DNA of 64,000 nucleotides. Origin: Bacteroidia bacterium. Its GTDB lineage: Bacteria > Bacteroidota > Bacteroidia > SpSt-205. Made by a program: the position numbers and the translations under genes. The notes under the pieces are model-generated. The model saw only the letters and a program-made list of their open reading frames with translations. It was not told the origin of the DNA and ran no database searches. Where the stretch lies: contig JANXCX010000006.1 in NCBI GenBank assembly GCA_025059535.1, positions 10,913-74,912 of the forward strand, in the 5' to 3' direction. Below are positions 18,052 to 27,111 of the stretch, one piece after another; positions within the stretch are counted from its first letter, which is position 1; each line of letters opens with the position of its first letter.

Positions 18052-18348
18052 ATGGCAGCACCCGCGAAGAAGAAAAAACGTACGCGCTCGCGCACAGCCC
18101 TACGACGTCAGCGCAAAAGCGAACGGCGCCGCTTACGGAACTTAGCATGGAAAGCCCGATATAAGCAGGCGCTGCGGGCCCTGCGAAATGAAACGGATTT
18201 GGCCCGCCTTACCGAACGATTGCGGGCGGTGCACTCGGTTCTAGACCGCTTAGGACGGCGGCGCATCTTCCATCCGAATAAGGTAGCTCGGCTCAAAGCG
18301 CGGCTGGCCCGTTGGGTAGCGGCTCGCCTAAGCGGAAAGCCCTCCTAA
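18052..18348 (+). CDS. rpsT: 30S ribosomal protein S20
   Basis: ALRRQRKSERRRLRN ... LDRLGRRRIFHPNKVARLKARL; TACCTTTG at 18038-18045. Confidence 0.9.
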   Translation: MAAPAKKKKRTRSRTALRRQRKSERRRLRNLAWKARYKQALRALRNETDLARLTERLRAVHSVLDRLGRRRIFHPNKVARLKARLARWVAARLSGKPS

Positions 18349-18351
18349 GGC

Positions 18352-19812
18352 GTGGCTAAACCCCTCCTAGGGCAGCATCCCCCCGGCCTCTATGTGCTCT
18401 TTTTTTCCGAAATGTGGGAACGGTTTAGCTACTACGGCATGCGGGCCATTTTGGTCTTATACCTTACCCTTTACCTCCCCTATACGCGCCAGGCGGCTTT
18501 AGAGATTTACGGACTTTACACAGGTCTGGTCTATCTTACCCCGCTTTTAGGGGGTTTCTTAGCGGATCGCTGGTTAGGCTATAGGGGTACCGTCTTGGCT
18601 GGGGCTTTCCTCATGATGGTGGGTCACTTCGCCATGGCCTTTCCTACGCTCCTCTTTCCCGCCCTCGCCCTCCTTATCCTCGGAAATGGCCTCTTCAAGC
18701 CAAATATCTCCACCATTGTAGGGTCTCTTTACCTTCTGGGCGATCCTCGGCGCGATGCGGCCTTTACCATTTTTTACATGGGCATCAACCTAGGCGCTTT
18801 TTTTTCGCCGCTGGTGTGCGGCACCTTAGCGGATAAGTTTACGCCGCATTGGGGGTTTGGGGCGGCTGGGGTGGGTATGCTAATTAGCCTGATAATCTTT
18901 TTAGGGGGGCTTCGCACTTTGCGGCCGGCGGTAGGGAGCTGGCAGCCCCTCAGCCGCTCGGAGATAGGGCGAATCGCCTTAGTTACAGTCCTGGGAATAG
19001 GCTTAGCATTTTCAGGGGGACTTTTAGCCCCCGTCATAGGACGCAGTTTCCTATCCCTTATGTATAAGTGGCTGGTTCTAAGCGCTTTGGCAGCTACCCT
19101 CCTCTACTTAGGCTTGCGGCTCCACAGCCGGGCCGAATGGCAACGCACCGCCGCTATCCTGCTTTTAGCCGGCTTTACGGCTATTTTCTGGATGGGCTTT
19201 GAACAGGCGGGCGGCACCCTAAACCTTTTTGCTCAGGAGAAAACCCAGCGCACCTTCCGCCTAGCGGGGCAGCAGTGGGAATTTCCGGCGCCCTACTTTC
19301 AATCGCTCAATCCCCTGCTGATATTCATTTTGGCGCCGCTTTTTTCCCTTCTATGGGTGCGTTTGGCGGCTCAGGGGCGAGAGCCTTCTACGCCCGCAAA
19401 GATGGGCCTGGGGCTTTTGCTTCTTTCGGCAGGCTTTTTAATGATGAGCGTCGCCGAGTGGCGGGCGCAAATTGCTAAGGTGAGCCCTTTTTGGTTAGTA
19501 GGCGTATACCTTTTACACACGCTGGGGGAGCTATGCCTCTCACCCGTGGGGCTTTCCATGGTAACACGCGTAGCACCCCCTACCGTAGCCGCCCTTATGA
19601 TGGGCGTGTGGTTTCTGGCCTCTTCCTTCGGCAATTACATGGCCGGGGTTTCGGAGGAGATTCTTCAGCGGCAGGCTTTACCGCTCTATCCTACGCTTAT
19701 GGGGATAAGCGGGGCGGCTGGACTCCTCCTTCTACTGGGCGCGCGCAGGATTGACCGCTGGATGAGAGCGCCTTTGCCTTCGCCCGAGCTTACTGCGCAC
19801 CAGAAAGAATAA
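18352..19812 (+). CDS. POT family proton-dependent oligopeptide transporter
   Basis: EMWERFSYYGMRA, GNGLFKPN, FYMGINLG, ELCLSPVGLS. Confidence 0.95.
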   Translation: MAKPLLGQHPPGLYVLFFSEMWERFSYYGMRAILVLYLTLYLPYTRQAALEIYGLYTGLVYLTPLLGGFLADRWLGYRGTVLAGAFLMMVGHFAMAFPTLLFPALALLILGNGLFKPNISTIVGSLYLLGDPRRDAAFTIFYMGINLGAFFSPLVCGTLADKFTPHWGFGAAGVGMLISLIIFLGGLRTLRPAVGSWQPLSRSEIGRIALVTVLGIGLAFSGGLLAPVIGRSFLSLMYKWLVLSALAATLLYLGLRLHSRAEWQRTAAILLLAGFTAIFWMGFEQAGGTLNLFAQEKTQRTFRLAGQQWEFPAPYFQSLNPLLIFILAPLFSLLWVRLAAQGREPSTPAKMGLGLLLLSAGFLMMSVAEWRAQIAKVSPFWLVGVYLLHTLGELCLSPVGLSMVTRVAPPTVAALMMGVWFLASSFGNYMAGVSEEILQRQALPLYPTLMGISGAAGLLLLLGARRIDRWMRAPLPSPELTAHQKE

Positions 19813-21045
19813 GCGGCGCCCCTGATAGCGCAGCGCGTGGAGAATCCGCTGTCCTAAAGGAAGGCGCTGCCGCAGGGGTAATCGTATCCGAATCGTGGTG
19901 CCCTTGCCCACCTCACTCTGATGGACAAAGATTTCCCCCCCATGATAGCTTTCAATTACCCGCCGTGCCAGCGCTAGACCTATGCCCCAGCCCCGCGGCT
20001 TAGTGGAAAAACCAGGCCGAAAAATTTCCTCCCAATCGGCGGGGCTGATGCCCTTGCCGGTATCCTCTACATCCAGCCATACCTCAGTTTTCCGCACCTG
20101 CAAACGGAGGGTAATTTGGCCTTCTTCAGCAGGCGAAAGCGCATCTAAGCTATTACGAAGAAGGTTCTCAATCACCCACTTAAGTAGCGTGGCATTGAGC
20201 GGCAAGGCTGGCGAAAGCCCCTCAGGGTAAATAAAGTCAATTTTTACGCGGGGCGGCACACGCAGCCGGTAGTAGGCCACCACCTCTTGGATGATGGGAA
20301 TAATCGGTTGGATTTGGAGGCGGGGGGCTATACCAATTTTAGCAAAGCGATCCGCTACCTCTTCCAGACGACGAAGGTCCGCCTCTATGTGGGGTAAAAG
20401 CCGAGGCAGGTGGAAAGGCGTCTCCTTGATAAGCTCTATAGCCCCTACCAGGCCGGAGAGGGGCGTGCCCAGCTGATGGGCGGTCTCCCGAGCTAGGCCC
20501 ATCCAGAGCTTATCCTGCCGGTAGCGATAGGCTGTATAAAGGAAGGAAATACCTACCACCGCCATAAGCACAATAAGAGCCGAACTTAGGGCGGGCATCC
20601 AGCGAATATGGCGCAGTAAAATCGGTTCGCCGTAGTAAATCTTCAGGCTGCGGCCGGGGGCATAGGGCACCTGAATAGGCGGAAAGCGTACAGTATCTGC
20701 CCGCAGCACGCGCAGAAACCCCTCTATCCTTCGCTCCTCTGGAAAGGCCAAGCGCAGCTCGCGTAGATTGTGGCTAAGGACGACACCCCGCCCATCCGTA
20801 AGGACCATCGGAATAAGAAACAGCTGCGCCCCAGCTTGCCGATCGGGGAAGATGTATTCCCAGAAAAATTCGCGCAGACACTCCTGAGGAGCGCGCGAAG
20901 TATACTCCAGGGCACGAGCGTAGAAGCGCACGAGCGCAATCTGCTGCTCCAAAAGTCGCTGAGCTAGAATGTGCGCATAGAAGGAGATACCTACAAGGAC
21001 TAAAAGCACGGCTGAAACCATCAGAAAAATCCAGCGCAGCCGCAT
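19732..21045 (-). CDS. Sensor histidine kinase
   Basis: ETAHQLGTP H-box, ENLLRNS N-box, DTGKG, GFSTK.RGWGIGL. Confidence 0.93.
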   Translation of the reverse strand: MRLRWIFLMVSAVLLVLVGISFYAHILAQRLLEQQIALVRFYARALEYTSRAPQECLREFFWEYIFPDRQAGAQLFLIPMVLTDGRGVVLSHNLRELRLAFPEERRIEGFLRVLRADTVRFPPIQVPYAPGRSLKIYYGEPILLRHIRWMPALSSALIVLMAVVGISFLYTAYRYRQDKLWMGLARETAHQLGTPLSGLVGAIELIKETPFHLPRLLPHIEADLRRLEEVADRFAKIGIAPRLQIQPIIPIIQEVVAYYRLRVPPRVKIDFIYPEGLSPALPLNATLLKWVIENLLRNSLDALSPAEEGQITLRLQVRKTEVWLDVEDTGKGISPADWEEIFRPGFSTKPRGWGIGLALARRVIESYHGGEIFVHQSEVGKGTTIRIRLPLRQRLPLGQRILHALRYQGRRLFFLVRSKLGRRQRRSHPAVNPARAQ

Positions 21046-22050
21046 CTAATCCTCTAATTTGCATGGATAAGGGGGGGGCGGTGCGTTGTTAAGGCGCAGA
21101 AGATAGCGGCTGCAGTCATCTATGCGAAAAAACCGCCGGCTGGTAGCCACCGCGCCAAAAATCCCCAGCCCATTCCGAATGTTAGTATATTCGGGCTTTA
21201 CGGTAGTAAAGTCTGTAGTGCCAGGGGAGTTAATGCGGAGATAATTGTAGAGTGGGGTATCCAGAGCCGTAACAGTAAGCGACCACGCTTGGCTGAAGGG
21301 GCTCTCGTCATATACATACGGTTGGCTGAAAGGATAAAGGTTGCTATATACGGTGCGTAGCAGCTGCTTTTCCCGAAGGGTGAAGACCTGAGCATTTTCC
21401 GCCTTTGCTGGTACTAAATAGGGGCCTATGGAAAGGGTGCGCCAGAGGGTATCTGGGCCTTGAAGGGCACCGTAGCGGAAAGTAAAGCGGATTTCATAAC
21501 CCGCCGCGGCTGCCGGCGCGCTACCTACGCGGGCAAAATACTGAATATCGTACGGGCGCATTAGGTCTATTATGGGGTAAGTTGGCTGGCCCTGAAAGAG
21601 GGCTACGGTTTCAGGCCGTGCTATATACGGCGGCGCAGGTACAAGCGCCGTGGCGCTTACATTCAGGCTAGGATTCTCGGGTACATTTATGTGGAGGAAG
21701 TAGCGCTGACGGGGCCTAGGACGCATAAGCAGCCGATATACCACTTGGACAGGATAGAAGGGCTGATGGGGTATTTTCACTACGGTCTCAGGCTGGGCTA
21801 GCCAGGTGGTATTGCCATCGGAAACTCGTACTTCCGCCTGGACGCTAAGATCCGTGCGCGCCGCATACGCCATGGCATCCTCACGCGTTACGAAGAGGCG
21901 CCCCACTCGGATATACTGCGTGTCTCGATCGGGGTAAAGAATCCCATATACCACCAGCTGTTCTCGTGCCTGCGGCGCAATAAGGTCCACCTCCGTACGG
22001 CAACCTACCCCAAGAAATATAAGGCCAATTGCGTATTTTTGCCTTTGCAC
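21046..22050 (-). CDS. DUF4249-like lipoprotein
   Basis: Lipobox GVGC, LVVYGIL, EYTNIRNGLGIFG. Confidence 0.75.
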   Translation of the reverse strand: MQRQKYAIGLIFLGVGCRTEVDLIAPQAREQLVVYGILYPDRDTQYIRVGRLFVTREDAMAYAARTDLSVQAEVRVSDGNTTWLAQPETVVKIPHQPFYPVQVVYRLLMRPRPRQRYFLHINVPENPSLNVSATALVPAPPYIARPETVALFQGQPTYPIIDLMRPYDIQYFARVGSAPAAAAGYEIRFTFRYGALQGPDTLWRTLSIGPYLVPAKAENAQVFTLREKQLLRTVYSNLYPFSQPYVYDESPFSQAWSLTVTALDTPLYNYLRINSPGTTDFTTVKPEYTNIRNGLGIFGAVATSRRFFRIDDCSRYLLRLNNAPPPPYPCKLED

Positions 22051-22058
22051 CTTTGCAA

Positions 22059-22649
22059 ATGTATCAGTCTAAAGGTATTTCCCTTACGCCGGCCCAGCAA
22101 AACCTAATAGAGCTTTGGGGCAAGCTGGCCTATGCATGGGGCGTAGGACCTACTATGGCCCAGCTATTTGCCCTTCTCTATGTCTTTCCCGAACCCCTAG
22201 ACACCGACACGCTCATGGAAGTGCTCCAGATCAGCCGAGGGAATGTAAGCATAAACCTGCGCAAGCTTTTGGACTGGAAACTCATTCATAAGATAGACCT
22301 TCCGGGTACGCGGCGCGCGCTTTACACGGCTGAACGGGACATTTGGCTAATTGCGACGCGGATCATTCAGAAGCGCTTGGAACGGGAAATCACACCTATC
22401 CAGCATTTTCTCAAAGACGCTCTAGAAAATCAGGCGACTACGCTCGATGCCCACACTACCCAGTCCCTCAGGCAGATGCTGGAAGTAGTGGAGGCGATTC
22501 ATTTAGTTACGCAGATCGCCATACCCGTTCTTATGACAAATGAACGGCAGCGTGTGATGAATCTTCTCGCCCACTGGCAGCGCCGTTTCGGACAAGAAAA
22601 GCGTAGTGGAGATAATATACCGGGATCAAACGCTGGCGGCTCTGTATAA
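22059..22649 (+). CDS. GbsR/MarR family transcriptional regulator
   Basis: WGKL...WGV..TMAQ, LQISRGNVS..LR.L.DW. Confidence 0.88.
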   Translation: MYQSKGISLTPAQQNLIELWGKLAYAWGVGPTMAQLFALLYVFPEPLDTDTLMEVLQISRGNVSINLRKLLDWKLIHKIDLPGTRRALYTAERDIWLIATRIIQKRLEREITPIQHFLKDALENQATTLDAHTTQSLRQMLEVVEAIHLVTQIAIPVLMTNERQRVMNLLAHWQRRFGQEKRSGDNIPGSNAGGSV

Positions 22650-23322
22650 GCCAGCCGGCCTCCCTGCTTTACCCGAGCGGCATTCCGCTTCGCCGATGGA
22701 TGTTCTCACCTGGGCACGCCAGCACCTCCATCCCGAAGTCCGTCTTGTACATCGGTTGGATAAACCCACCTCTGGTATTCTTCTTGTTACTTGGGATGCG
22801 GCTACGTTTTCTCATCTCTATGCGCAGTTTGCGGAACACCGCGTGGAGAAAAAGTACTGGGCCCTCGTGGAAGGAGAACCCAACTTTGAGGGAGCGGAGC
22901 TGACCGCGCCCTTGGCCGCCAATCCCCCGCGCGTGGACTCTTATGCGGGCAAGCCAGCTCTTACTATAGCTCATACTATAGAAACCTTTCGCGGGTATGC
23001 GCTTGTAGCCTGTGTGCCTGTTACGGGAAGGATGCACCAAGTACGCTTGCACCTGGCGCATTATGGCTTTCCCGTCGTGGGAGATACGACCTATGGCGGT
23101 AGGCCGCTTTACCTTTCGGCTTTTCATCCCCGCTACAAGCCCTCCCATCGGCATCCCGAGCGTCCCCTTCATCCAGAGACGGCTATCCTTCTGCATGCTG
23201 GCTACTTGGCTTTCCTCCACCCTGTCCAGCAGAAGAAAATTCACATAGAAGCGGCGCTACCCGAGTATTTTACGATAGCGCTGCGGCAATTGCGCAGGTG
23301 GGCGGCTCGCGTGCGCCCTTAG
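22606..23322 (+). CDS. RluA family pseudouridine synthase
   Basis: KPAGL, HRLDKPTSG, TGRMHQVRLH, GD..YGG. Confidence 0.93.
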   Translation: MEIIYRDQTLAALYKPAGLPALPERHSASPMDVLTWARQHLHPEVRLVHRLDKPTSGILLVTWDAATFSHLYAQFAEHRVEKKYWALVEGEPNFEGAELTAPLAANPPRVDSYAGKPALTIAHTIETFRGYALVACVPVTGRMHQVRLHLAHYGFPVVGDTTYGGRPLYLSAFHPRYKPSHRHPERPLHPETAILLHAGYLAFLHPVQQKKIHIEAALPEYFTIALRQLRRWAARVRP

Positions 23323-24152
23323 TGCCGCTTCGCCCCTGCGAGCCAAAATCGCTTGTCTACCCTACTCTCGGCAAGCTCCTCTATCGCATCGGGCAAGGCC
23401 GGATAGAAGTCTATCTGCGTAAGGCGTTCCACCGAATCTACCGATACCAGAAAGTCCGTAGGCGGCCGCTTGGAGGACGCATGCGGCACGAGAAAAGCCA
23501 CCGCCTTAGTCTCATTCCCAGCGGCTGAATAGAGTATTTTATAAAAAGCGCGGGGAATGCTCACCCGACTGGCCCCAATTTTCCCCTGGATTCGGTCCAA
23601 TACTGGCCCTGTATAGACCACGAGGCGGCCTTTTTGCTTGGCCCACTCCCGCACGGTACGCTCCACTGCTTCCCAAATGCCGGCATTGAATTCATGCAGT
23701 TGAGGGCTCATGTTGGAGAGAAAGAAGGTTTCGCTCATACCGAGAGAGTCCCATTTGAAGTCGCCAGCCGGCACGAGGTGGCCGCGGTCATAACCCGAGC
23801 CGCGGTAGTCGGCCAGCTGAGCCGAGGCAGAAGCTACCTGGGGGTCTGGTCGGAAATCCTGCGTGCGCCGCACGCGGCCAGCTTTCAGGCGCTGGCCCTC
23901 AAGTAAATGGACCGTCCAGCGCGGCTGCTCGTGTTCCTCATCGTAGCAAAGCGCATAGTAGGTATGTACCACAATTTGACAGGCATGGGTACTGCGGGGA
24001 TAATATACGCTTAGGGAGTCATGGGGAGGTGGCGGCGGGTCAGTAGGCGGATTCGGAATCCGTGGCTTGGGCTCAGGGGGCAATTTCTTCCACACTAGCC
24101 ATCCCGCCAGCCCTACAAGTAAAAGCAGCAGCAGAAGGGAAAATGGGCGCAT
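23319..24152 (-). CDS. DNA/RNA non-specific endonuclease (NucA/EndoG family)
   Basis: GYDRGHLVPA, SNMSPQ...FNAGIW. Confidence 0.93.
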   Translation of the reverse strand: MRPFSLLLLLLLVGLAGWLVWKKLPPEPKPRIPNPPTDPPPPPHDSLSVYYPRSTHACQIVVHTYYALCYDEEHEQPRWTVHLLEGQRLKAGRVRRTQDFRPDPQVASASAQLADYRGSGYDRGHLVPAGDFKWDSLGMSETFFLSNMSPQLHEFNAGIWEAVERTVREWAKQKGRLVVYTGPVLDRIQGKIGASRVSIPRAFYKILYSAAGNETKAVAFLVPHASSKRPPTDFLVSVDSVERLTQIDFYPALPDAIEELAESRVDKRFWLAGAKRH

Positions 24153-24166
24153 AAAATAAACTTACG

Positions 24167-24895
24167 CTACGCGCGCAATCCTACCGCTCGCAGAAGCTGC
24201 GGGGCATGCTCACGACTGCACATATACACGCTGCCCGTGGTCAGGAGCACTTTATAGCGGCCAGAGAGCCAGGGCAGTACCTCCCGAACGGCGTCTAGGT
24301 TGATGAGCGCATCCCGGGCAATCCGAAGGAAAGGGGGTTGCGGCAGCTTTTCGGCCAGCTCTTGGAGGGTATAGGCCCGGGTGCTGTGCCGCTGCCCATC
24401 GCGCACTTCCACATACAGGGTGCGCTCCTCTATGCAGACGCCTACTATTTCCTGTAGGCTGAGAATAATATGGCCTTCCCGTCGGGGCAGGGCTAGCTTA
24501 CCGGTGGGACTTAGGGGGCTGGGCCGTTCCATCAGTCGCTGAAAAGCTCGCTGCAGGGCCTGTCGTAGCCGTTCCAAGGAAAAAGGCTTGAGGAGGTAAT
24601 CCACGGCTCCCCCTTCAAATGCCTTAACGGCATGTTCGGCATAGGCGGTAGTGAAAATCACTACGGGCGGATTAGGTAGGCTCTGCGCCGCATGCATGAG
24701 GGAGATACCATCTAACCCCGGCATTTCAATATCTAAAAGGACTATGTCCCAGTCTTGCTCTTGGAGGTAGCGCAGGGCGGCCTCTCCATCTGGGGCTTCG
24801 GTAATTGCTAGCTCGCCTATTTGGCTGAGGTAGCGCTGAAGGAGGCGGCGCGCCGGCGCCTCATCCTCCACGATAAGTACCCGATAAGGTTTCAC
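24167..24895 (-). CDS. LytTR family response regulator
   Basis: IVEDE, LLDIEMP, FTTAY, DYLLKP; LytTR C-terminus. Confidence 0.92.
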   Translation of the reverse strand: MKPYRVLIVEDEAPARRLLQRYLSQIGELAITEAPDGEAALRYLQEQDWDIVLLDIEMPGLDGISLMHAAQSLPNPPVVIFTTAYAEHAVKAFEGGAVDYLLKPFSLERLRQALQRAFQRLMERPSPLSPTGKLALPRREGHIILSLQEIVGVCIEERTLYVEVRDGQRHSTRAYTLQELAEKLPQPPFLRIARDALINLDAVREVLPWLSGRYKVLLTTGSVYMCSREHAPQLLRAVGLRA

Positions 24896-24899
24896 AAAC

Positions 24900-25466
24900 C
24901 TACAATATACCAATTTCGGCGGGAAATCCAATTCCTAAGAGCCAGCCGCTGGTTTCCCGAAAGACTAGCTGGATGCGGCGCTGAGCCGCCACACGCGTGA
25001 AACGTATCTCTCTGCCGGTGAAAAACATTTCGCGACGAAATGATATGCAGTCAAACTCCGAGCTTAATAGTTTGTAAGCCGATTCTTTAGCGCACCAGAA
25101 GTGCCATTCTGTAATGTAAGGTGGATTAAGTATTTGGCGCTCACTGCTTTCTGTAAAGTAATGCCATACTTCTGGGGGGAAGGGGCGCTTTCTTTCTATG
25201 TCTATCGCAACGGGGAAAGGGGCGCAAACCGCTGCGGCCCAGGGAAAACTGTGGCTGAGGGAGAAGTTAGGCAGGGCAGGCAAAATCGTGCGCGCTACTC
25301 GGGCGGCCAGGGCTTCCAACCGGCGGCGCGTGTGCGTAATACGCCGCAGCCCGCTAGCCTCGGCAGGGGATAAATCGGCGCTTTTCCACAGTACCTCCTC
25401 CCCCTCCGTAATTTCCCACACCGCCCAAAATACCTCATTATAGGCTTCCTGGTATCTTAAGGGCAT
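24900..25466 (-). CDS. 4'-phosphopantetheinyl transferase superfamily
   Basis: SLSHS, AIDIE, WCAKESAYK. Confidence 0.88.
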   Translation of the reverse strand: MPLRYQEAYNEVFWAVWEITEGEEVLWKSADLSPAEASGLRRITHTRRRLEALAARVARTILPALPNFSLSHSFPWAAAVCAPFPVAIDIERKRPFPPEVWHYFTESSERQILNPPYITEWHFWCAKESAYKLLSSEFDCISFRREMFFTGREIRFTRVAAQRRIQLVFRETSGWLLGIGFPAEIGIL

Positions 25467-25893
25467 GGCGCAAAAGTGGTACTTTCTGCTCAGTGCGCCC
25501 TTAGAAGTCTCGCAGAGGGCCGCCCTGGCCGATACCCTGAGGGCCCACCTGATAGACTGGCGGGCTCATGGACGACCTGTAACCTACACCCTTGCTTTTC
25601 CCTATGGATGGTTCATAGAGGTGGCGGTAGAGGAGCCCCTGACAGGCTGCAGTATAGATGCCCTTTTTCGGCGAGTGCAATCTGCTACGGCCGCTATGGG
25701 ACTTAGCCTCTGCTCCAGTGAATGGGTACTGGTAATAGATGGAGATAATACTTTTATAGAAAAATTTTACGAAATAGTAAAAAAATATCGCCTAGGCCAG
25801 TGGCCCCCTGAGCGCAAAGTGGTAGAGGTTCGTCCAGAGGGGCTGCGGTGCTGTGCGCTAGAGGCCAGCTATCTTGCTATTCATCTTAGGTAA
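25465..25893 (+). CDS. Conserved Bacteroidota hypothetical protein
   Basis: W.AHG and GCSIDA motifs. Confidence 0.7.
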   Translation: MAQKWYFLLSAPLEVSQRAALADTLRAHLIDWRAHGRPVTYTLAFPYGWFIEVAVEEPLTGCSIDALFRRVQSATAAMGLSLCSSEWVLVIDGDNTFIEKFYEIVKKYRLGQWPPERKVVEVRPEGLRCCALEASYLAIHLR

Positions 25894-27059
25894 TGCGTTT
25901 AGCGGTGATAGGTCCGCCGCAGGATGTGCATGTACGCCGATGGGGAGAGGCGCTTCGGGCGGCGGGTGCCGAGGTGCTTTTCGTAGGGGTGGAGAAAGCC
26001 CCACCCGACCTAACCCCCTACTACTGTATAGGCCCTCCCGTGGAAAAGCCCACTTTCTGGATTTTTTGGCAGCGTCGGCGGGCACTTAGGGCTTTCTTGG
26101 TAGCGCAGCGCGTGGATTTAGCCCATCCTATTCATCTCACACCCTCAGGGGTATGGGTGTGGCTTAGTGGCTTTCGCCCTTACTTGCCTTATGCGATGGG
26201 GGCGGACGTGCTAGAGTACGGGCCTAAGCGGCCGGCTCTAAGGCGCAGCTGGAGCCTCCAGAGTGCGTCGCCTTCCCTGCTCCTTTACCTGCGCACCTTC
26301 CTGCGTCGGAACCTCATGCCAGCGCTTTTGCGGGCCACCCTAAGGCAGAGCCTAGCGGTGGTAGCCGACAACTACGAGCTTAGTTTTACATGTAAATTTT
26401 TTACAAAAACAAAAAAAATTATTGAACTTCCAGCTGGTATTCAGGTGGCGAGCAGGGCGGAGTTTGAACGACGCGGCATTCTGGTAGGACGTGGGACTAC
26501 TTATCTCTATCAGGCGGATATTATTCTGGAGGGGGTGCGTCGCTACCTAGCGGAAGGGGGGCAGCAACCCATCTATTGGCTCAGGGGTCTCTATTCGCCC
26601 CATCCTACCCTCCTGCGCCAAATTCGCCAGCTGGGCCAGGAGTATAAAAATAGGTTTTACTTTTTTGAAAACATATTATCGCCGGTGCGCCTTTGGCGGC
26701 TTTGGCAGGAGGTGGCGGCCTTTATCTCAGCCCCTGTGTATGATGGCTATAGCTACGCCGTAGCGGAAGGCCGCTTAGCCGGCAGCCTACCAATCGTGAA
26801 TGCTATACCCGCTCACCTAGAAATTCTCACCCATGGCTATAACGCCTATATTGTAGAGCCTTTTACGGCTGCGCGCTTAGCGCAGGCCCTTCATGAAGTA
26901 GAGGAATGGTTGGCTGGTCCGCCCTTTTGGGCAGGTCCCAACGCCGAATGGGTGCAGCGCTTCTCTGACTTAGCCCAGGCGGCCCACTGGTTTCTCCGCT
27001 TTGTCCGGGAGAATTTGTTACCTTTGCGCAGAAACGGCGGGTATAGCTCAGGTGGTTAG
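25893..27059 (+). CDS. Glycosyltransferase, family 4-like
   Basis: DVHVRRW N-terminus, MGADVL, YDG..YAVAEG...G..PIV. Confidence 0.8.
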   Translation: MRLAVIGPPQDVHVRRWGEALRAAGAEVLFVGVEKAPPDLTPYYCIGPPVEKPTFWIFWQRRRALRAFLVAQRVDLAHPIHLTPSGVWVWLSGFRPYLPYAMGADVLEYGPKRPALRRSWSLQSASPSLLLYLRTFLRRNLMPALLRATLRQSLAVVADNYELSFTCKFFTKTKKIIELPAGIQVASRAEFERRGILVGRGTTYLYQADIILEGVRRYLAEGGQQPIYWLRGLYSPHPTLLRQIRQLGQEYKNRFYFFENILSPVRLWRLWQEVAAFISAPVYDGYSYAVAEGRLAGSLPIVNAIPAHLEILTHGYNAYIVEPFTAARLAQALHEVEEWLAGPPFWAGPNAEWVQRFSDLAQAAHWFLRFVRENLLPLRRNGGYSSGG

Positions 27060-27110
27060 AGCGTCTGACTGTGGCTCAGAAGGTCGTCGGTTCGAATCCG
27101 ACTGCCCGCC
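27036..27110 (+). tRNA. tRNA-His (GTG)
   Basis: G-1 plus acceptor GCGGGTA/TGCCCGC, C73, anticodon arm TCTGA-CTGTGGC-TCAGA, GGTTCGAATCC; promoter TACCTTTG at 27019-27026. Confidence 0.95.
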
Positions 27111-27111
27111 C

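Noticed and set aside
23319-24895. Nuclease plus LytTR regulator as a defence or toxin module
   Set aside because: Ordinary membrane-anchored NucA-type nuclease with its own promoter-like box; no immunity or defence genes nearby
27036-27110. tRNA-His as an integration site for an island
   Set aside because: No integrase, no duplicated tRNA 3' end and no compositional shift downstream
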